Shown here: positions 19,731 to 30,067 of the stretch, piece after piece | How positions within the stretch are numbered: the first letter of the stretch is position 1 | Layout: each line of letters starts with the position of its first letter | From: Candidatus Bathyarchaeia archaeon | GTDB taxonomy: Archaea > Thermoproteota > Bathyarchaeia > TCS64 | Direction: 5' to 3' | DNA: 50,767 nucleotides | NCBI GenBank assembly: GCA_050014495.1 | Contig: JBEKDF010000020.1 | Span: forward strand, 1 to 50,767 | Made by a program: the position numbers and the translations under genes | Notes under the pieces: generated by a model | Database searches by the model: none | The model's input: the letters and a program-made list of their open reading frames with translations, nothing else | What the model was told of the DNA's origin: nothing

Positions 19731-21062
19731 TTGATTCTCTTGAAGGACGCTTGGACAATAGCCATTGAGGCCCTTAGCTGGGCGGAGCTTCAAGAGATGA
19801 ATGAGGACGCCGCATTAAGAAAAACACTGAAACAGCTTAGGGTCAAGGATAGGAGCGCAGCCAATGATGCAGGAATCCTTCTATACAATGTCATGAAGAG
19901 AAGAAACACCATTGATTACCTCATCAATTCTGCCCTTGAGCCTATTGAATTTGTGACCCTCGACCTAGGTCTGAGGAGCTTCCTGAGGCTCTATACCTAC
20001 ATGATCCACTACGGTGGTTACTCCTACTCAGAGGCACACCAGTTGACGGAGCATGTCAGGGACTTACTGGGTGATAAAAAGCTCAAGCCAGTAGAGGACG
20101 CCCTTGATCTGATTCCACACCAAAGGAGACCATGGGATAAACTAAACAAGGAGGAGGAATTAGCGTACAGATGCTTCTTACCAATCTGGTATGTGAAGTA
20201 CATCTTCAGGTCCTTTGACGAGCGAACAGCAGCTGATCTAATCCAACCAATCGACACACCAAGGTATATTCACATAAACACCCTGAGAGGGGACGATTCG
20301 GTAATTAATCTATTAAATAGAAGCGGTTTTCAGTTCGAGAAAGTCCCAGAACTAGAACATACGTATCGTGTACTCGGCGACTCGATTGGTCTAACAGACA
20401 CCAAGCCTTACAGAGATGGCATCTTCATAATTCAGGATAAAGCAAGCATACTCGTAGGTGAGGTCACCGCACCCAAACAAAGCGACACTGTACTCGACAT
20501 CTGCGCGGCGCCTGGTGTTAAAACTAGTCACCTCGCGGGCATAATGGGCAACCATGGCAAAATTATCTCCATCGACTCCGATTCGAGGAGACTCGCCTCA
20601 TGGAACAGGCTAATCGATAGGATGGGGGTTACAAACGCTAAATCGATGCTAGTTGACGCCACAACCGATTATATTCTTCCCACAGGTGATGTGGACCTTG
20701 TTGTCCTCGACCCACCGTGCTCGGGTACGGGCACATTCAACAACATTCCTTCAGGTAAGTGGAGGGTGACTCGTAGATTAATCGAAGAGAAAGCGGAAAT
20801 TCAAAAGAGGCTAATAGAGAAAGCAGCACCCCATCTGAAGAAAGGCGGATCACTGATCTATAGCACATGCAGCGTGACCGTTGAGGAGAACGAGGAAGTC
20901 ATCAAGGGCTTCCTCGAGGGACATCGTGATTTTAGACTAGTGGAAGCCAAGCCAAAGTTGGGAATGGATGGTTTACTTGGGCTTAAAGAGGCTCAGAGAC
21001 TCATCCCCTCGATCCACATGTGTGAAGGCTTTTTCATAGCAAAACTTGAGAAATCTAGGTAA
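19731..21062 (+). CDS. RsmB/NOP2/Sun family RNA m5C methyltransferase with a NusB-like N-terminus
   Basis: QDKAS, DICAAPGVKT, LDPPCSGTG and YSTCS...EENE motifs. Confidence 0.93.
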   Translation: MILLKDAWTIAIEALSWAELQEMNEDAALRKTLKQLRVKDRSAANDAGILLYNVMKRRNTIDYLINSALEPIEFVTLDLGLRSFLRLYTYMIHYGGYSYSEAHQLTEHVRDLLGDKKLKPVEDALDLIPHQRRPWDKLNKEEELAYRCFLPIWYVKYIFRSFDERTAADLIQPIDTPRYIHINTLRGDDSVINLLNRSGFQFEKVPELEHTYRVLGDSIGLTDTKPYRDGIFIIQDKASILVGEVTAPKQSDTVLDICAAPGVKTSHLAGIMGNHGKIISIDSDSRRLASWNRLIDRMGVTNAKSMLVDATTDYILPTGDVDLVVLDPPCSGTGTFNNIPSGKWRVTRRLIEEKAEIQKRLIEKAAPHLKKGGSLIYSTCSVTVEENEEVIKGFLEGHRDFRLVEAKPKLGMDGLLGLKEAQRLIPSIHMCEGFFIAKLEKSR

Positions 21063-21295
21063 GTACGTAGGATTGTGTGCCTCACAACACATTGAAAAAC
21101 TACGAATTTTTCATAAAAATGCATACTTAAATGCATCCATGTGCAAAACCCCACTTCAAATTTAACATTATCTTAGTGAAATGATGGATTCCTAACATTA
21201 GATGCGTATCCATAATCGTATTTAATTAAAAAAGTCTCATTCCTTTATATGGAATCCGTAGAAACGCCCAAACTGACAATGGGATGGCTCGATGA

Positions 21296-21547
21296 ATGAT
21301 AGGAAAGAGGAGAGATAAACTCGAGGTCATCGAGGACATTCTGAAGGCAGCCGACACACCCCGTGGTGCGAATAAGACGCGTCTTGTCTACGGGTCTAAC
21401 CTCAACTTCAACCGCCTTTCGGTCTTTTTGCCCTTTCTACTTGAGAAGGGTCTACTTGAGGAGTCTGAGGATGGCGCCGTCTACGTAACAACCGTTAAGG
21501 GTAGAGAGTTCATCAAACAGTTAGCCGGAATGCAGAAGATGCTGTGA
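21296..21547 (+). CDS. Archaeal winged-helix transcriptional regulator (HTH_45-like)
   Basis: RRDKLEVIEDIL...KTRLVYGSNLN...L.EKGLL...Y.TT.KG.EF pattern. Confidence 0.85.
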   Translation: MIGKRRDKLEVIEDILKAADTPRGANKTRLVYGSNLNFNRLSVFLPFLLEKGLLEESEDGAVYVTTVKGREFIKQLAGMQKML

Positions 21548-21549
21548 TG

Positions 21550-21801
21550 CTACAGCTGAAGGTAGTCTTTATCTAGCTTCGCAGCCTCGCCGCCTATACT
21601 AATTTCGATGAATCCGAAGTCTCGGAAGAAATTCACGACCTTGAGCATCATCTCTCTGTCGAGTTTAGTTTCAGAGACTAGGTCGTCAATTAGATGCCAG
21701 TCACCGTTAGACAAAGATTCAAGGACGATACTAATCTTTGAGGCACTCATGCACTCGCCGACTTTCGGATCGTTTGTAAGCATATGATTCTTTTGAATCA
21801 T
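21550..21801 (-). CDS. Small wHTH-like protein
   Basis: VLE.L.NG.WH.I.DL...L....V.FF..FGFIE pattern. Confidence 0.65.
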   Translation of the reverse strand: MIQKNHMLTNDPKVGECMSASKISIVLESLSNGDWHLIDDLVSETKLDREMMLKVVNFFRDFGFIEISIGGEAAKLDKDYLQL

Positions 21802-22073
21802 TGTTTCTTATTTAAGATTTGTAGATTCTGGATGCATTGCGTCGCTGAGCAACACCACGAATACCATAACTCCAACGAAGCCATTAGTTCAGGTGGAATC
21901 TTAGGGGTACCTTGAGATCAAGTGCAGGTAAAAGAATCGGTATCTTCCAAACGATGATGGGGTACATGTAAATATAAAAAATGGCATCGAACAAGCGACC
22001 CCAGAGAACACGAGATGTTTGAGAAACCGGATATAACTCTTAATAATATTGAAAAGCTAAAGTTAGACGAAAA

Positions 22074-22367
22074 CTACTCCTCATCGAGGCAGAATGGGCA
22101 TAGAAGCTTCTCCATGTGCCCCGCCGGATAGTTTACAACTATACCATGCTTCTCACATCTAAAGGCGTAGAATGGCACCGCCGCTTTCCAGCCGTGCATT
22201 TTGAAATCTCCAATATGCACGTGGCCGTTTAGTGTAATCCTCAAGGCGTGATAAGGAGTAATGCCAGATGCGAGGACCTTGAGGAAGGCGAGACGCTCGT
22301 CCTTCTTGCTCTCTACGGCTAAAGGCGTAGATCCATGCGAATCCTTGACCTTATTTTCTTCGCCCAT
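22074..22367 (-). CDS. Small CxxH/CxxC zinc-finger protein, paralog 1
   Basis: FYAFRCEKHG...PAG...LLCPFCL. Confidence 0.75.
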   Translation of the reverse strand: MGEENKVKDSHGSTPLAVESKKDERLAFLKVLASGITPYHALRITLNGHVHIGDFKMHGWKAAVPFYAFRCEKHGIVVNYPAGHMEKLLCPFCLDEE

Positions 22368-22495
22368 GAGATATCAAACCATCATTAAAATAATAAAGAA
22401 ATATGTGTCTAAAGGAGATACACACATAAGGAAAAATGCTGTCCTCCATATGAAACTCTACTTAGACTAATAACAAAGAGATATAGGATACTTCT

Positions 22496-23458
22496 TTACG
22501 CGAGATACATCTTTTTCTCCAACTGACTAATATGAATATATCTCCATAGGTGCCTCACCTGCGAGATAATTATCCCAAAAAACAGAAATTCTATTCCGGT
22601 ATTAATGAATAAGCCAATGTAGAGGTCGAGTTGTGGCGACCAAAACCCACTAGTAACTAGAGTATGAGACCAAAACAGGAAAAATAGTCCGGGCACAATT
22701 AAGAGAATCGATGCCAAAAAAGAATAGAATACTATAGGATTATATTTTCTCCCAAGTGACAAGATAGTCTTCACGATTTTGAACCCGTCTCTCAAGGGGT
22801 TCAATTTCTGTACACCTATCCTTGTTCTATAGGCGATCGGAACCTCCTTTATGCTATTGGAGTTAGCAGCCTGAGCAGCGATCTCAACCTCAACATCGAA
22901 ACCTTTGCTATTGAGCACCAGTGTCTTCGCGAAATTAGTTCTGAGGATGTAAAGACCCGAACAAACGTCAGTCAAATGAGTCCCAAAAAAGACGTTAAAA
23001 CATAAATTAATCATATTATTGCCGAAACGATTCAACGGCTTAATATTAACCCTATCTCTCCTACTCCCTATCACCTGGTTAAACTTCGCGGCCTCTCTTG
23101 CGAGAAGCTCGATGTCCACCGGATCATACGTGGAGTCACCGTCAATCACAATAAAATATGGTGTCCTAACATGATTAATAGCGGTCTTGATAGCACCAGT
23201 CTTACCTCCCCCTTCCTGTTGAATAGGTTTTATCCCAAATTTCTCCACTTCTTCAACTGTATTATCCCTCGAGTATCCATCTACAACAAGGATATTCTCA
23301 AAGCCTTCTCGTTGAACCTCCGAAAGGACACTCCCTATCGCCTTCTCTTCATTTAAAGTTGGTATAACTACAGTAATCTGATTCCTATCAATTATGTATC
23401 TAGTATCATCTTCGAATATATGCTCATCAAGTAGTCTCAAATCAAGGGAGGATTTCAT
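22496..23458 (-). CDS. GT2 glycosyltransferase, DPM1/AglJ-like; paralog of 11811-12779
   Basis: IPTLNEE, VDGYSRDNT, DGD, DVCSG and EVEI motifs; two C-terminal TMs. Confidence 0.88.
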   Translation of the reverse strand: MKSSLDLRLLDEHIFEDDTRYIIDRNQITVVIPTLNEEKAIGSVLSEVQREGFENILVVDGYSRDNTVEEVEKFGIKPIQQEGGGKTGAIKTAINHVRTPYFIVIDGDSTYDPVDIELLAREAAKFNQVIGSRRDRVNIKPLNRFGNNMINLCFNVFFGTHLTDVCSGLYILRTNFAKTLVLNSKGFDVEVEIAAQAANSNSIKEVPIAYRTRIGVQKLNPLRDGFKIVKTILSLGRKYNPIVFYSFLASILLIVPGLFFLFWSHTLVTSGFWSPQLDLYIGLFINTGIEFLFFGIIISQVRHLWRYIHISQLEKKMYLA

Positions 23459-23867
23459 ATTAAATCCGCCTAATACTTGTGCGTACTTGGTGTTTCTTTA
23501 TTTATAACCCAGATGGTTTTTTATTTCTAATCATTGATTAGTTTTGGATGTGTTAATCAGTATTATAAGAACTTGACCTAATAAATGTATAAAATTAATT
23601 AATAATGAGCACAAAATTGATGAAAATCACAGTCTAATTAATAATTTCCTTTTTATTAAAATTCATTTATTTTAATTAATTGGAAAACTGTATTAACTAG
23701 ATCCCATTTTAAAAATTGACCGACAAAACTAGATTAAAACATTGATAAAAATGAGTCGAAATTTAACACATACATTGAAAAACAAACAAAGACGTTATCA
23801 AGACAAACCATCACGTAAGTAAACAATTGAGTCTCAATGAATAAATTAGTCCAAAAAAGTAACTTAC

Positions 23868-24158
23868 CTAATGTTTGATCTCCTTCAAACACTCCCCACA
23901 GATCAACTTCGACTCCCAGCCAACTGGAGCTGAGACCTGAAGGCCATGTTTAGAGCATTTGAACAGATAGAGCGGTAACTGATTGTTATTCTTCAGTGTG
24001 ATCATGCCAACCTTCGTATACCCAAATATTTTAAAGGATAATTTATTGATGACATTAAAACTGAAACTTGTAATAGAAAACGTATTGACTCTAATTAGCT
24101 TTAAAATTTCACTCCTGTTTAAAGGTAGGACTAATCGATCAGTACCCGTGGAGGTCAT
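23868..24158 (-). CDS. Small CxxH/CxxC zinc-finger protein, paralog 2
   Basis: LYLFKCSKHG...PVG...LICGECL. Confidence 0.7.
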   Translation of the reverse strand: MTSTGTDRLVLPLNRSEILKLIRVNTFSITSFSFNVINKLSFKIFGYTKVGMITLKNNNQLPLYLFKCSKHGLQVSAPVGWESKLICGECLKEIKH

Positions 24159-24595
24159 CCATTATTTACTAAAAGCATGCAAGTATAATTTCTTTTCCTC
24201 ATCAATATAGTCATTATTTTCACTTAAATGGTAATTAAGTCGAAATTATTGAAATCAAAATTTGACTAATTTGTACAATTTTCAAAGTAACGTGATAGAA
24301 TATTGTAGCATTTATTTAATTATTTTATGATGATTCAACACAATTTTTGTTAATTAACAATACTTAAGATACAATTATTAAATAATCAAAGTAACATATA
24401 TAAAACCTGATTATTATAAAAAAAGTTGAGAGGATCCAGAACCCAAGCGCTAGTTCTAAATCTGCAGAATAAATCCATTCGAATAATATCGCGCGAGATA
24501 TTATCTCAATTGTAAAGTCTCATTAAATACAAAATATTTAATATTTATTTATAATCGATAAGGAATAATATCAGCCATTACAGGTCATTTATCAT

Positions 24596-25870
24596 ATGCG
24601 TTTGAGTGTAGTTTTCATATTTGGGCTTCTCCTAGCGACGACTCTAGTTATACCTCATGTATTATCGACAGATTACACCATATCAACGCTAACTGTTACA
24701 ATAGACTCGGATGGTTATACCAACTTTGAATACAAGATAACCACAGATCCAACAGTGGCAAATATTACACTCCCACTAATAGGAAGTAACTATACAAATG
24801 TTTTAGTCACGGATCAAAATGAGACCCCTCTAGACTACCAGATCCTGGGAGACACCGCTATAATATCCTCCCTCGGCTCAAACGTTGAATTGTCTTACAC
24901 CACCCAGAGTCTCACAAATAAAAGAGGAGACCTATGGGAGATGAACGTCACTGCTCCGACCTCAATTAGTGTGCTGATTCCTCAAGGCGCGACCTTAGTC
25001 AGTTTAAGCCAGATTCCATTGGAGATTAGCACGATAAACCAGAGACAAAGCCTTCTGTTGCCGGATGGACCGAATGAGATAACATATGAGTTAGGGATAG
25101 TCGGTACAAAGGAGCATTCATTGCTTGTGATCACCGATGCCGAGACGGCTATTAATCAAGCTAAAGCGAATGGATTAGTGGTCACGTCAGCGGAGGCACT
25201 TCTTGACAAGGCGAAAAGTGACTACAATGCGGGTACATACACCTCGGCTGAGGATCTCGCGGGACAGGCGAAGAGCGCTATAACCGCAATCACCGCCCTT
25301 GCTTCGGATGCGGATACAAACATCAAGACAGCAACTAATTCGATCGAGAAGGCGACCATTGATGGCAGAACAAATGGCCTGGACAAAGCTAGCAGTCTAT
25401 TAGTTAACGCAAAAGCAGCTTACACATCAGGAAATTACACCGAGGCATCAACCACCGCTACTCTTGCGGCTGGGGATGCGGATTCGGCTACAAGACCCAT
25501 CAATAACATGGTCCTCTACCTAGGCGCTGGAACGGTTATCACTGCATTATTGATCGCGGCGGTATTACTCAGGAGGAGATCTAAGCAAAAAATATCAAGC
25601 GGAGCCCTGGAGGTTAAGGGCAAAGTCAACCTGGACTCAATTAATCGTAGATTCCCCAACCTCAGGGACGAAGATAAACAGCTCATAAAACTCCTGGCAG
25701 AATCAGGCGGCGAGGCGTACGCGGATGTGATTAGGGAAAAGCTAGACATGCCGAAGACCAGTGCCTGGAGGATGATTAGACGCCTCATAAGTCTCGGTAT
25801 AGTCGGTGAAAGAAAAGTGGCTACTAGAAGCCTCGTATTTATTGAGGTAAACTATCGATTTGATGAGTAA
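24596..25870 (+). CDS. Membrane-spanning protein with extracellular domains and a cytoplasmic C-terminal wHTH (COG2512-like)
   Basis: Signal peptide, beta-rich domain, two Ala-rich helical repeats, TM plus RRR, then GGE.Y..IREKL.MPKTSAWRMIRRL. Confidence 0.8.
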   Translation: MRLSVVFIFGLLLATTLVIPHVLSTDYTISTLTVTIDSDGYTNFEYKITTDPTVANITLPLIGSNYTNVLVTDQNETPLDYQILGDTAIISSLGSNVELSYTTQSLTNKRGDLWEMNVTAPTSISVLIPQGATLVSLSQIPLEISTINQRQSLLLPDGPNEITYELGIVGTKEHSLLVITDAETAINQAKANGLVVTSAEALLDKAKSDYNAGTYTSAEDLAGQAKSAITAITALASDADTNIKTATNSIEKATIDGRTNGLDKASSLLVNAKAAYTSGNYTEASTTATLAAGDADSATRPINNMVLYLGAGTVITALLIAAVLLRRRSKQKISSGALEVKGKVNLDSINRRFPNLRDEDKQLIKLLAESGGEAYADVIREKLDMPKTSAWRMIRRLISLGIVGERKVATRSLVFIEVNYRFDE

Positions 25871-26046
25871 GGGATGCACATCTGAATGACGAGCGAGACC
25901 ATTCTCTACGAATCGCTGGACAGAAAAGAGAAGACCCCTAAGACTGTATTTTAAGCACCTTTCCCTTTTTACAACAAGCATGCGACATCACCCGAGCATA
26001 TTATTGCGTAACAGATACGCGAGTATACTATTTCGCACACTCAGCT

Positions 26047-27366
26047 TTATTCTACTACCGCGTGCACTATCTCGAGTTTATCTAGCCCAGCACCACACAA
26101 TATTTTATCATTTTCTTGGAGAGGTATTCCAAGCGACGCAAAGAACTCGTGATGGGTCCTGCTCACCTGTCCAGATAAGTCGGACTCCATGATTTTAATG
26201 AGCTCAGGCTCACGCTGAACGGTCTCCCCTTCTACTCCGATGCTTTTACCGATACGCGTGTATGTGCAACCATACTTCCTGCATTGATTGATATTAGCGG
26301 AACCTGAAAAGGCAAGTATCTTCCCTACCCTCCTCTGAGACATTGCCTTAAGACTGACAGCCCAGTACTTTTCGTCGTCACCGAACAGATAGATGGTACC
26401 CAATCGATATTGGCGTTGAGTTTTCTCAATTATTGAGTAAAGTTTTTTCTTCTGTATCCAGCCCTCAAACTCTAACACAGCGATTTTTAGCAATGTTTCA
26501 GGTACATTATTCGTGTAATACAAAGAGTAGCAGATATTTTCCTCGGGTCTGGGCCTAACTCCCACTCGGCCCAAGAACCCAGAGATTTTGTTGGCCGAAG
26601 GGGCCGTCATCTCCCACCGCTGTGGGATCCTGGGAGCAGAGAATCCTTCTCGAGTAGCCAATTTAAGTATTGTCTCGATGTCTAACTCGAGTTCAGTCCT
26701 TGTAAGAAGAGTACAAGCTAAACCCGTCTTCGAGTTTATAGTCCCCGGTAGACGAATTATCCTCCGAGTGTCAACCGTAACCTTTTCATCAAAGAGGATC
26801 TGTTTATCCTTCGCCTCCTGAACCAGCTTCTTTCTCTCCGCGATGGCCTTCATCTCCCGTTTTCTGGGCTCCAGCTCGTTTTCCATCGAGCTCCAGGGAT
26901 CATCACATACGATGTGGAAACCCTTGCTCCCTGAGAAAGCCAGGTAACGCACCTTGAAGCCCTTTAATTCGAGGAAATCGTTTAAGGCAATAGCCTGCGC
27001 CTTTGCTTCGTCTAGTGTCTTGACTTTATTTGATACGTCTATGTCGAAGGATAAGTCGCATGATAAGTAGATGTTTTTTAGGATGTCTTTATCGAGTCTA
27101 CTGGCAATCAGGTGAGGGTTTAGCCAATTGGCCGTCGAGTAGTAAACATCTAAGGGAGTGTTCTCGATCAGACATTTGCGCAGGTCTTCTGAGTCGTGGA
27201 TCTTGTGCCTGATCTTGTAGAAGGAACCGTCCAGAAGTCTTAGGCGAAAATGTCGAAACTTGATATCAGGGAGTGGCTTCAGATCTATCAGATTTGAAGC
27301 GTAGAACAGTTTAAGTGAGTCTTTAAGGGGGTGGCTTGTTGCCTGCACCCGAGCTATTCTGCTCAT
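26047..27366 (-). CDS. Non-canonical PriS-like archaeo-eukaryotic primase-polymerase with a C-terminal extra domain
   Basis: P.DVYYS.A.W.NP; motif I DLSFDID; motif II FSGSKGFH; motif III FDEKVTVDTRRIIRLPGTINSKTG; about 190 extra C-terminal residues. Confidence 0.88.
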   Translation of the reverse strand: MSRIARVQATSHPLKDSLKLFYASNLIDLKPLPDIKFRHFRLRLLDGSFYKIRHKIHDSEDLRKCLIENTPLDVYYSTANWLNPHLIASRLDKDILKNIYLSCDLSFDIDVSNKVKTLDEAKAQAIALNDFLELKGFKVRYLAFSGSKGFHIVCDDPWSSMENELEPRKREMKAIAERKKLVQEAKDKQILFDEKVTVDTRRIIRLPGTINSKTGLACTLLTRTELELDIETILKLATREGFSAPRIPQRWEMTAPSANKISGFLGRVGVRPRPEENICYSLYYTNNVPETLLKIAVLEFEGWIQKKKLYSIIEKTQRQYRLGTIYLFGDDEKYWAVSLKAMSQRRVGKILAFSGSANINQCRKYGCTYTRIGKSIGVEGETVQREPELIKIMESDLSGQVSRTHHEFFASLGIPLQENDKILCGAGLDKLEIVHAVVE

Positions 27367-27707
27367 TCACGTACCTTTACAAGGTCACCGTATTTTCTGG
27401 TGTCGATGAATGTCCTGAAACCCCTTTTTGCGTCGCCGCTTAGGGATCCCTTCGAGTCGAGTTCGCTGAAGATTTTATCTAATTGTGCTTTAACCTCGTC
27501 ACTAGTTTGCCCATCTTTAAAGTTGGTTCCGTAGTTACTTTTTATCCACGCTGCGAGCCTACCATATTTTCCGTTTCGTCTATTCCTCTGTGGCTGAGGC
27601 TTTGAAGCTTCATTACGCTTTTGTTCTTCCTGTTTCTTGACATCTTCTTGTTGAGCCATTCGTTTTTCGGCTTCCTTCTTTATGCCACCAAGCAGATCTT
27701 TGAACAT
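27363..27707 (-). CDS. Small helical basic protein translationally coupled to the PriS-like gene
   Basis: 114 aa; its stop overlaps the downstream start (ATGA, 27363-27366). Confidence 0.75.
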   Translation of the reverse strand: MFKDLLGGIKKEAEKRMAQQEDVKKQEEQKRNEASKPQPQRNRRNGKYGRLAAWIKSNYGTNFKDGQTSDEVKAQLDKIFSELDSKGSLSGDAKRGFRTFIDTRKYGDLVKVRE

Positions 27708-27856
27708 TCATCTAGTAATTTTTTTTAATGAATAAAAGTATTCTGGGTTCCTGAAGATTTAATGCGTGTGCTTTCGAGGCATACTAGAGCATGAAAAGAG
27801 CCGCCTTCGCATGTCCTGTTTTAATACTACAACATATGCCTCTTGAATAGAATAAC

Positions 27857-29869
27857 ATGGCCAAGAAGGGCAAAGTTACCAACCAAAACCAGGATGCGAG
27901 TGAAAATAGTATCCTAAATCGTCTTAAAAGTGGAAGAAAGATAATTTACGCTACTGCATTGGGGTTAATTATAGCCTGTGCAGTGATTCTCAGGATTCTG
28001 ATCCTGAGGTGGGGATACTATCTCAACGAGTTCGACCCCTTCTTCTTCTACCGCATAGCAGAGTATGTCGCGAAAAATGGCTACGGCGCCTATTTCACCT
28101 GGCACGACACTCTGAGCTGGTACCCTCAGGGAAGGGACATAGCGCATAGCAGTTACCTAGGTAACTCGTTCACGGCCGTCTTCCTATACCAGCTCCTGAA
28201 CGCAATCCAGCTGAAGGTACCCCTCTTTAATGTGGCCATGTTCTTCCCCGTCTTAATGGCATCAATAGTCGTCATAGTCGCATACTTTTTCGGAAAAGAC
28301 TTGGGTGGTAAAGCGGTTGGCTTATTCACGGCGCTATTCATGGCGGTAAGCCCAAGCTATCTCGAGAGAACTGTCGCAGGTTTCTTCGACACTGAATGCA
28401 TAGGGTTTTTCGGGATGATTGCGACACCTCTACTCTTCCTGAGAAGCATTGAGACCAAGAAATCACTGAGGAATCGAGTTCTCTACGCCATCGCCGGTGG
28501 CCTAGTTATGGGCTACGCTTTTGCCTCCTGGGGCGCTGCTCGATACATCTCCAGTCTCCTCCTGCTCTACATAGTGGTGACACTAGTGATGGGCAAGATA
28601 GAGTGGCGACACATCATATCGTATAGTATAACGATAGGAGTCGGGTTTCTCATCGCGTTGATAATCCCCCGCCTCGGCGTCAGCTACCTCATGAACATCG
28701 AGAACCTAGCCGCCATCGGTGGCATAGGCCTATTGATAGTCTATAAGATTATCCAGGGAAGGTTACCAGAGACACAGGCTCGTACTGTGACACTAGGATT
28801 AGTCGCCTTGGCGGTTGTGGGTTTCATAGTATTACCCTACGTGGGGGTTGGGAACCCTATAGTCGGCAAATTCTTGAAGGTACTTAACCCCTTCGAAGAC
28901 GCTGGCGCACTCTACCAATCGGTCGGAGAAAACTTAGTAACGAACTGGGCAGCCTTTTTCCAGGATTTCGGAATAACTATAGTACTCGCCGCTTTAGGCG
29001 CGTTCTTTATACTACATGAAGGAGGAGACAACAAAGTATACCTACTCCTCTTCTTCCTTACAGCAATATACTTCGCAAGTACCATCGTAAGACTAACCTT
29101 AATATTGTCTTTCCCAGTCTCGATATTAGCAGCCTACTCCATTGTGAGGATCCTCGAAGGTTTCAGCGTTGTTTTCACGCAAAAAGACACATCAAAGGGA
29201 CGAAATTCGAGGAGGAAACAGATTGGAGTTAGTAAGGGTCTTAGCTTGATCTTCATACTGCTACTCTTCGGCTCCCTTGTGCCACACTTCCTCAACGCAG
29301 AAACGACTGCTGCAAGCCCCGGACCTCTAGCGTCGAGTAGCGTCCCCATCCAAATTAACGGTGGTTACCCAACTGATTGGCTCAAGGCCCTCAACTGGCT
29401 TAAGGCAAACACCACTCAGAAGTCAGTGATACTATCCTGGTGGGACTACGGCTACTGGATAGAGACTATGGCGAATCGGACGACGATCATAGACGGTTCT
29501 ACACAGAACAGCACTCAGATCAAATATGTTGCTGATATGATGATGAATCCCGAAAATGTATCACTGCCTTTGATGAAGCGCTTCAACGTCGACTATGTAG
29601 TCGTCTTCATAACCTATAACCCGAATACTCCCAGCGAGGAGTGGCCCTTCGGTGACAACGCTAAGTGGCCTCAGATGGCGAACATTGCGGGACTTAATGT
29701 TAACGACTACTATACGTATAATTCGACATCGAGTAAATATCAGTATTCGTACAAGTTCGTTAACACTACGATTGCCGGGCTCATGTATGGTTTAGCTGAT
29801 AAGACCCACTTCGTATCAGTCTATGACTCTCCGCTCGGATGGGTCCGAATCTATAAGGTGGAATATTGA
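27857..29869 (+). CDS. aglB: Oligosaccharyltransferase (STT3/AglB)
   Basis: EFDPFF, WYPQGR, GFFDTE, SVGEN and WWDYG motifs; about 13 TMs. Confidence 0.96.
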   Translation: MAKKGKVTNQNQDASENSILNRLKSGRKIIYATALGLIIACAVILRILILRWGYYLNEFDPFFFYRIAEYVAKNGYGAYFTWHDTLSWYPQGRDIAHSSYLGNSFTAVFLYQLLNAIQLKVPLFNVAMFFPVLMASIVVIVAYFFGKDLGGKAVGLFTALFMAVSPSYLERTVAGFFDTECIGFFGMIATPLLFLRSIETKKSLRNRVLYAIAGGLVMGYAFASWGAARYISSLLLLYIVVTLVMGKIEWRHIISYSITIGVGFLIALIIPRLGVSYLMNIENLAAIGGIGLLIVYKIIQGRLPETQARTVTLGLVALAVVGFIVLPYVGVGNPIVGKFLKVLNPFEDAGALYQSVGENLVTNWAAFFQDFGITIVLAALGAFFILHEGGDNKVYLLLFFLTAIYFASTIVRLTLILSFPVSILAAYSIVRILEGFSVVFTQKDTSKGRNSRRKQIGVSKGLSLIFILLLFGSLVPHFLNAETTAASPGPLASSSVPIQINGGYPTDWLKALNWLKANTTQKSVILSWWDYGYWIETMANRTTIIDGSTQNSTQIKYVADMMMNPENVSLPLMKRFNVDYVVVFITYNPNTPSEEWPFGDNAKWPQMANIAGLNVNDYYTYNSTSSKYQYSYKFVNTTIAGLMYGLADKTHFVSVYDSPLGWVRIYKVEY

Positions 29870-30067
29870 CCCAAACATGATGAATAATTACCCAAAGCCC
29901 ATTCACATAGAAGTTTTTAGCAACATATTCAAAGAGCGCACTAGTGAATGCACGACTTCAATAAAACATCTAAAGAAGGGTTGTTTTGGGTTACAAAGAC
30001 ATTTGTAATCGTTTTTAAAGTCTACATTTAAAAAACAGTGTTCCCGATGTTCATTGAGTGTATTGAA

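Noticed and set aside
26047..27366. Labelling the AEP gene as canonical priS
   Set aside because: Atypical architecture and no priL or usual replication neighbours; symbol withheld pending phylogeny.
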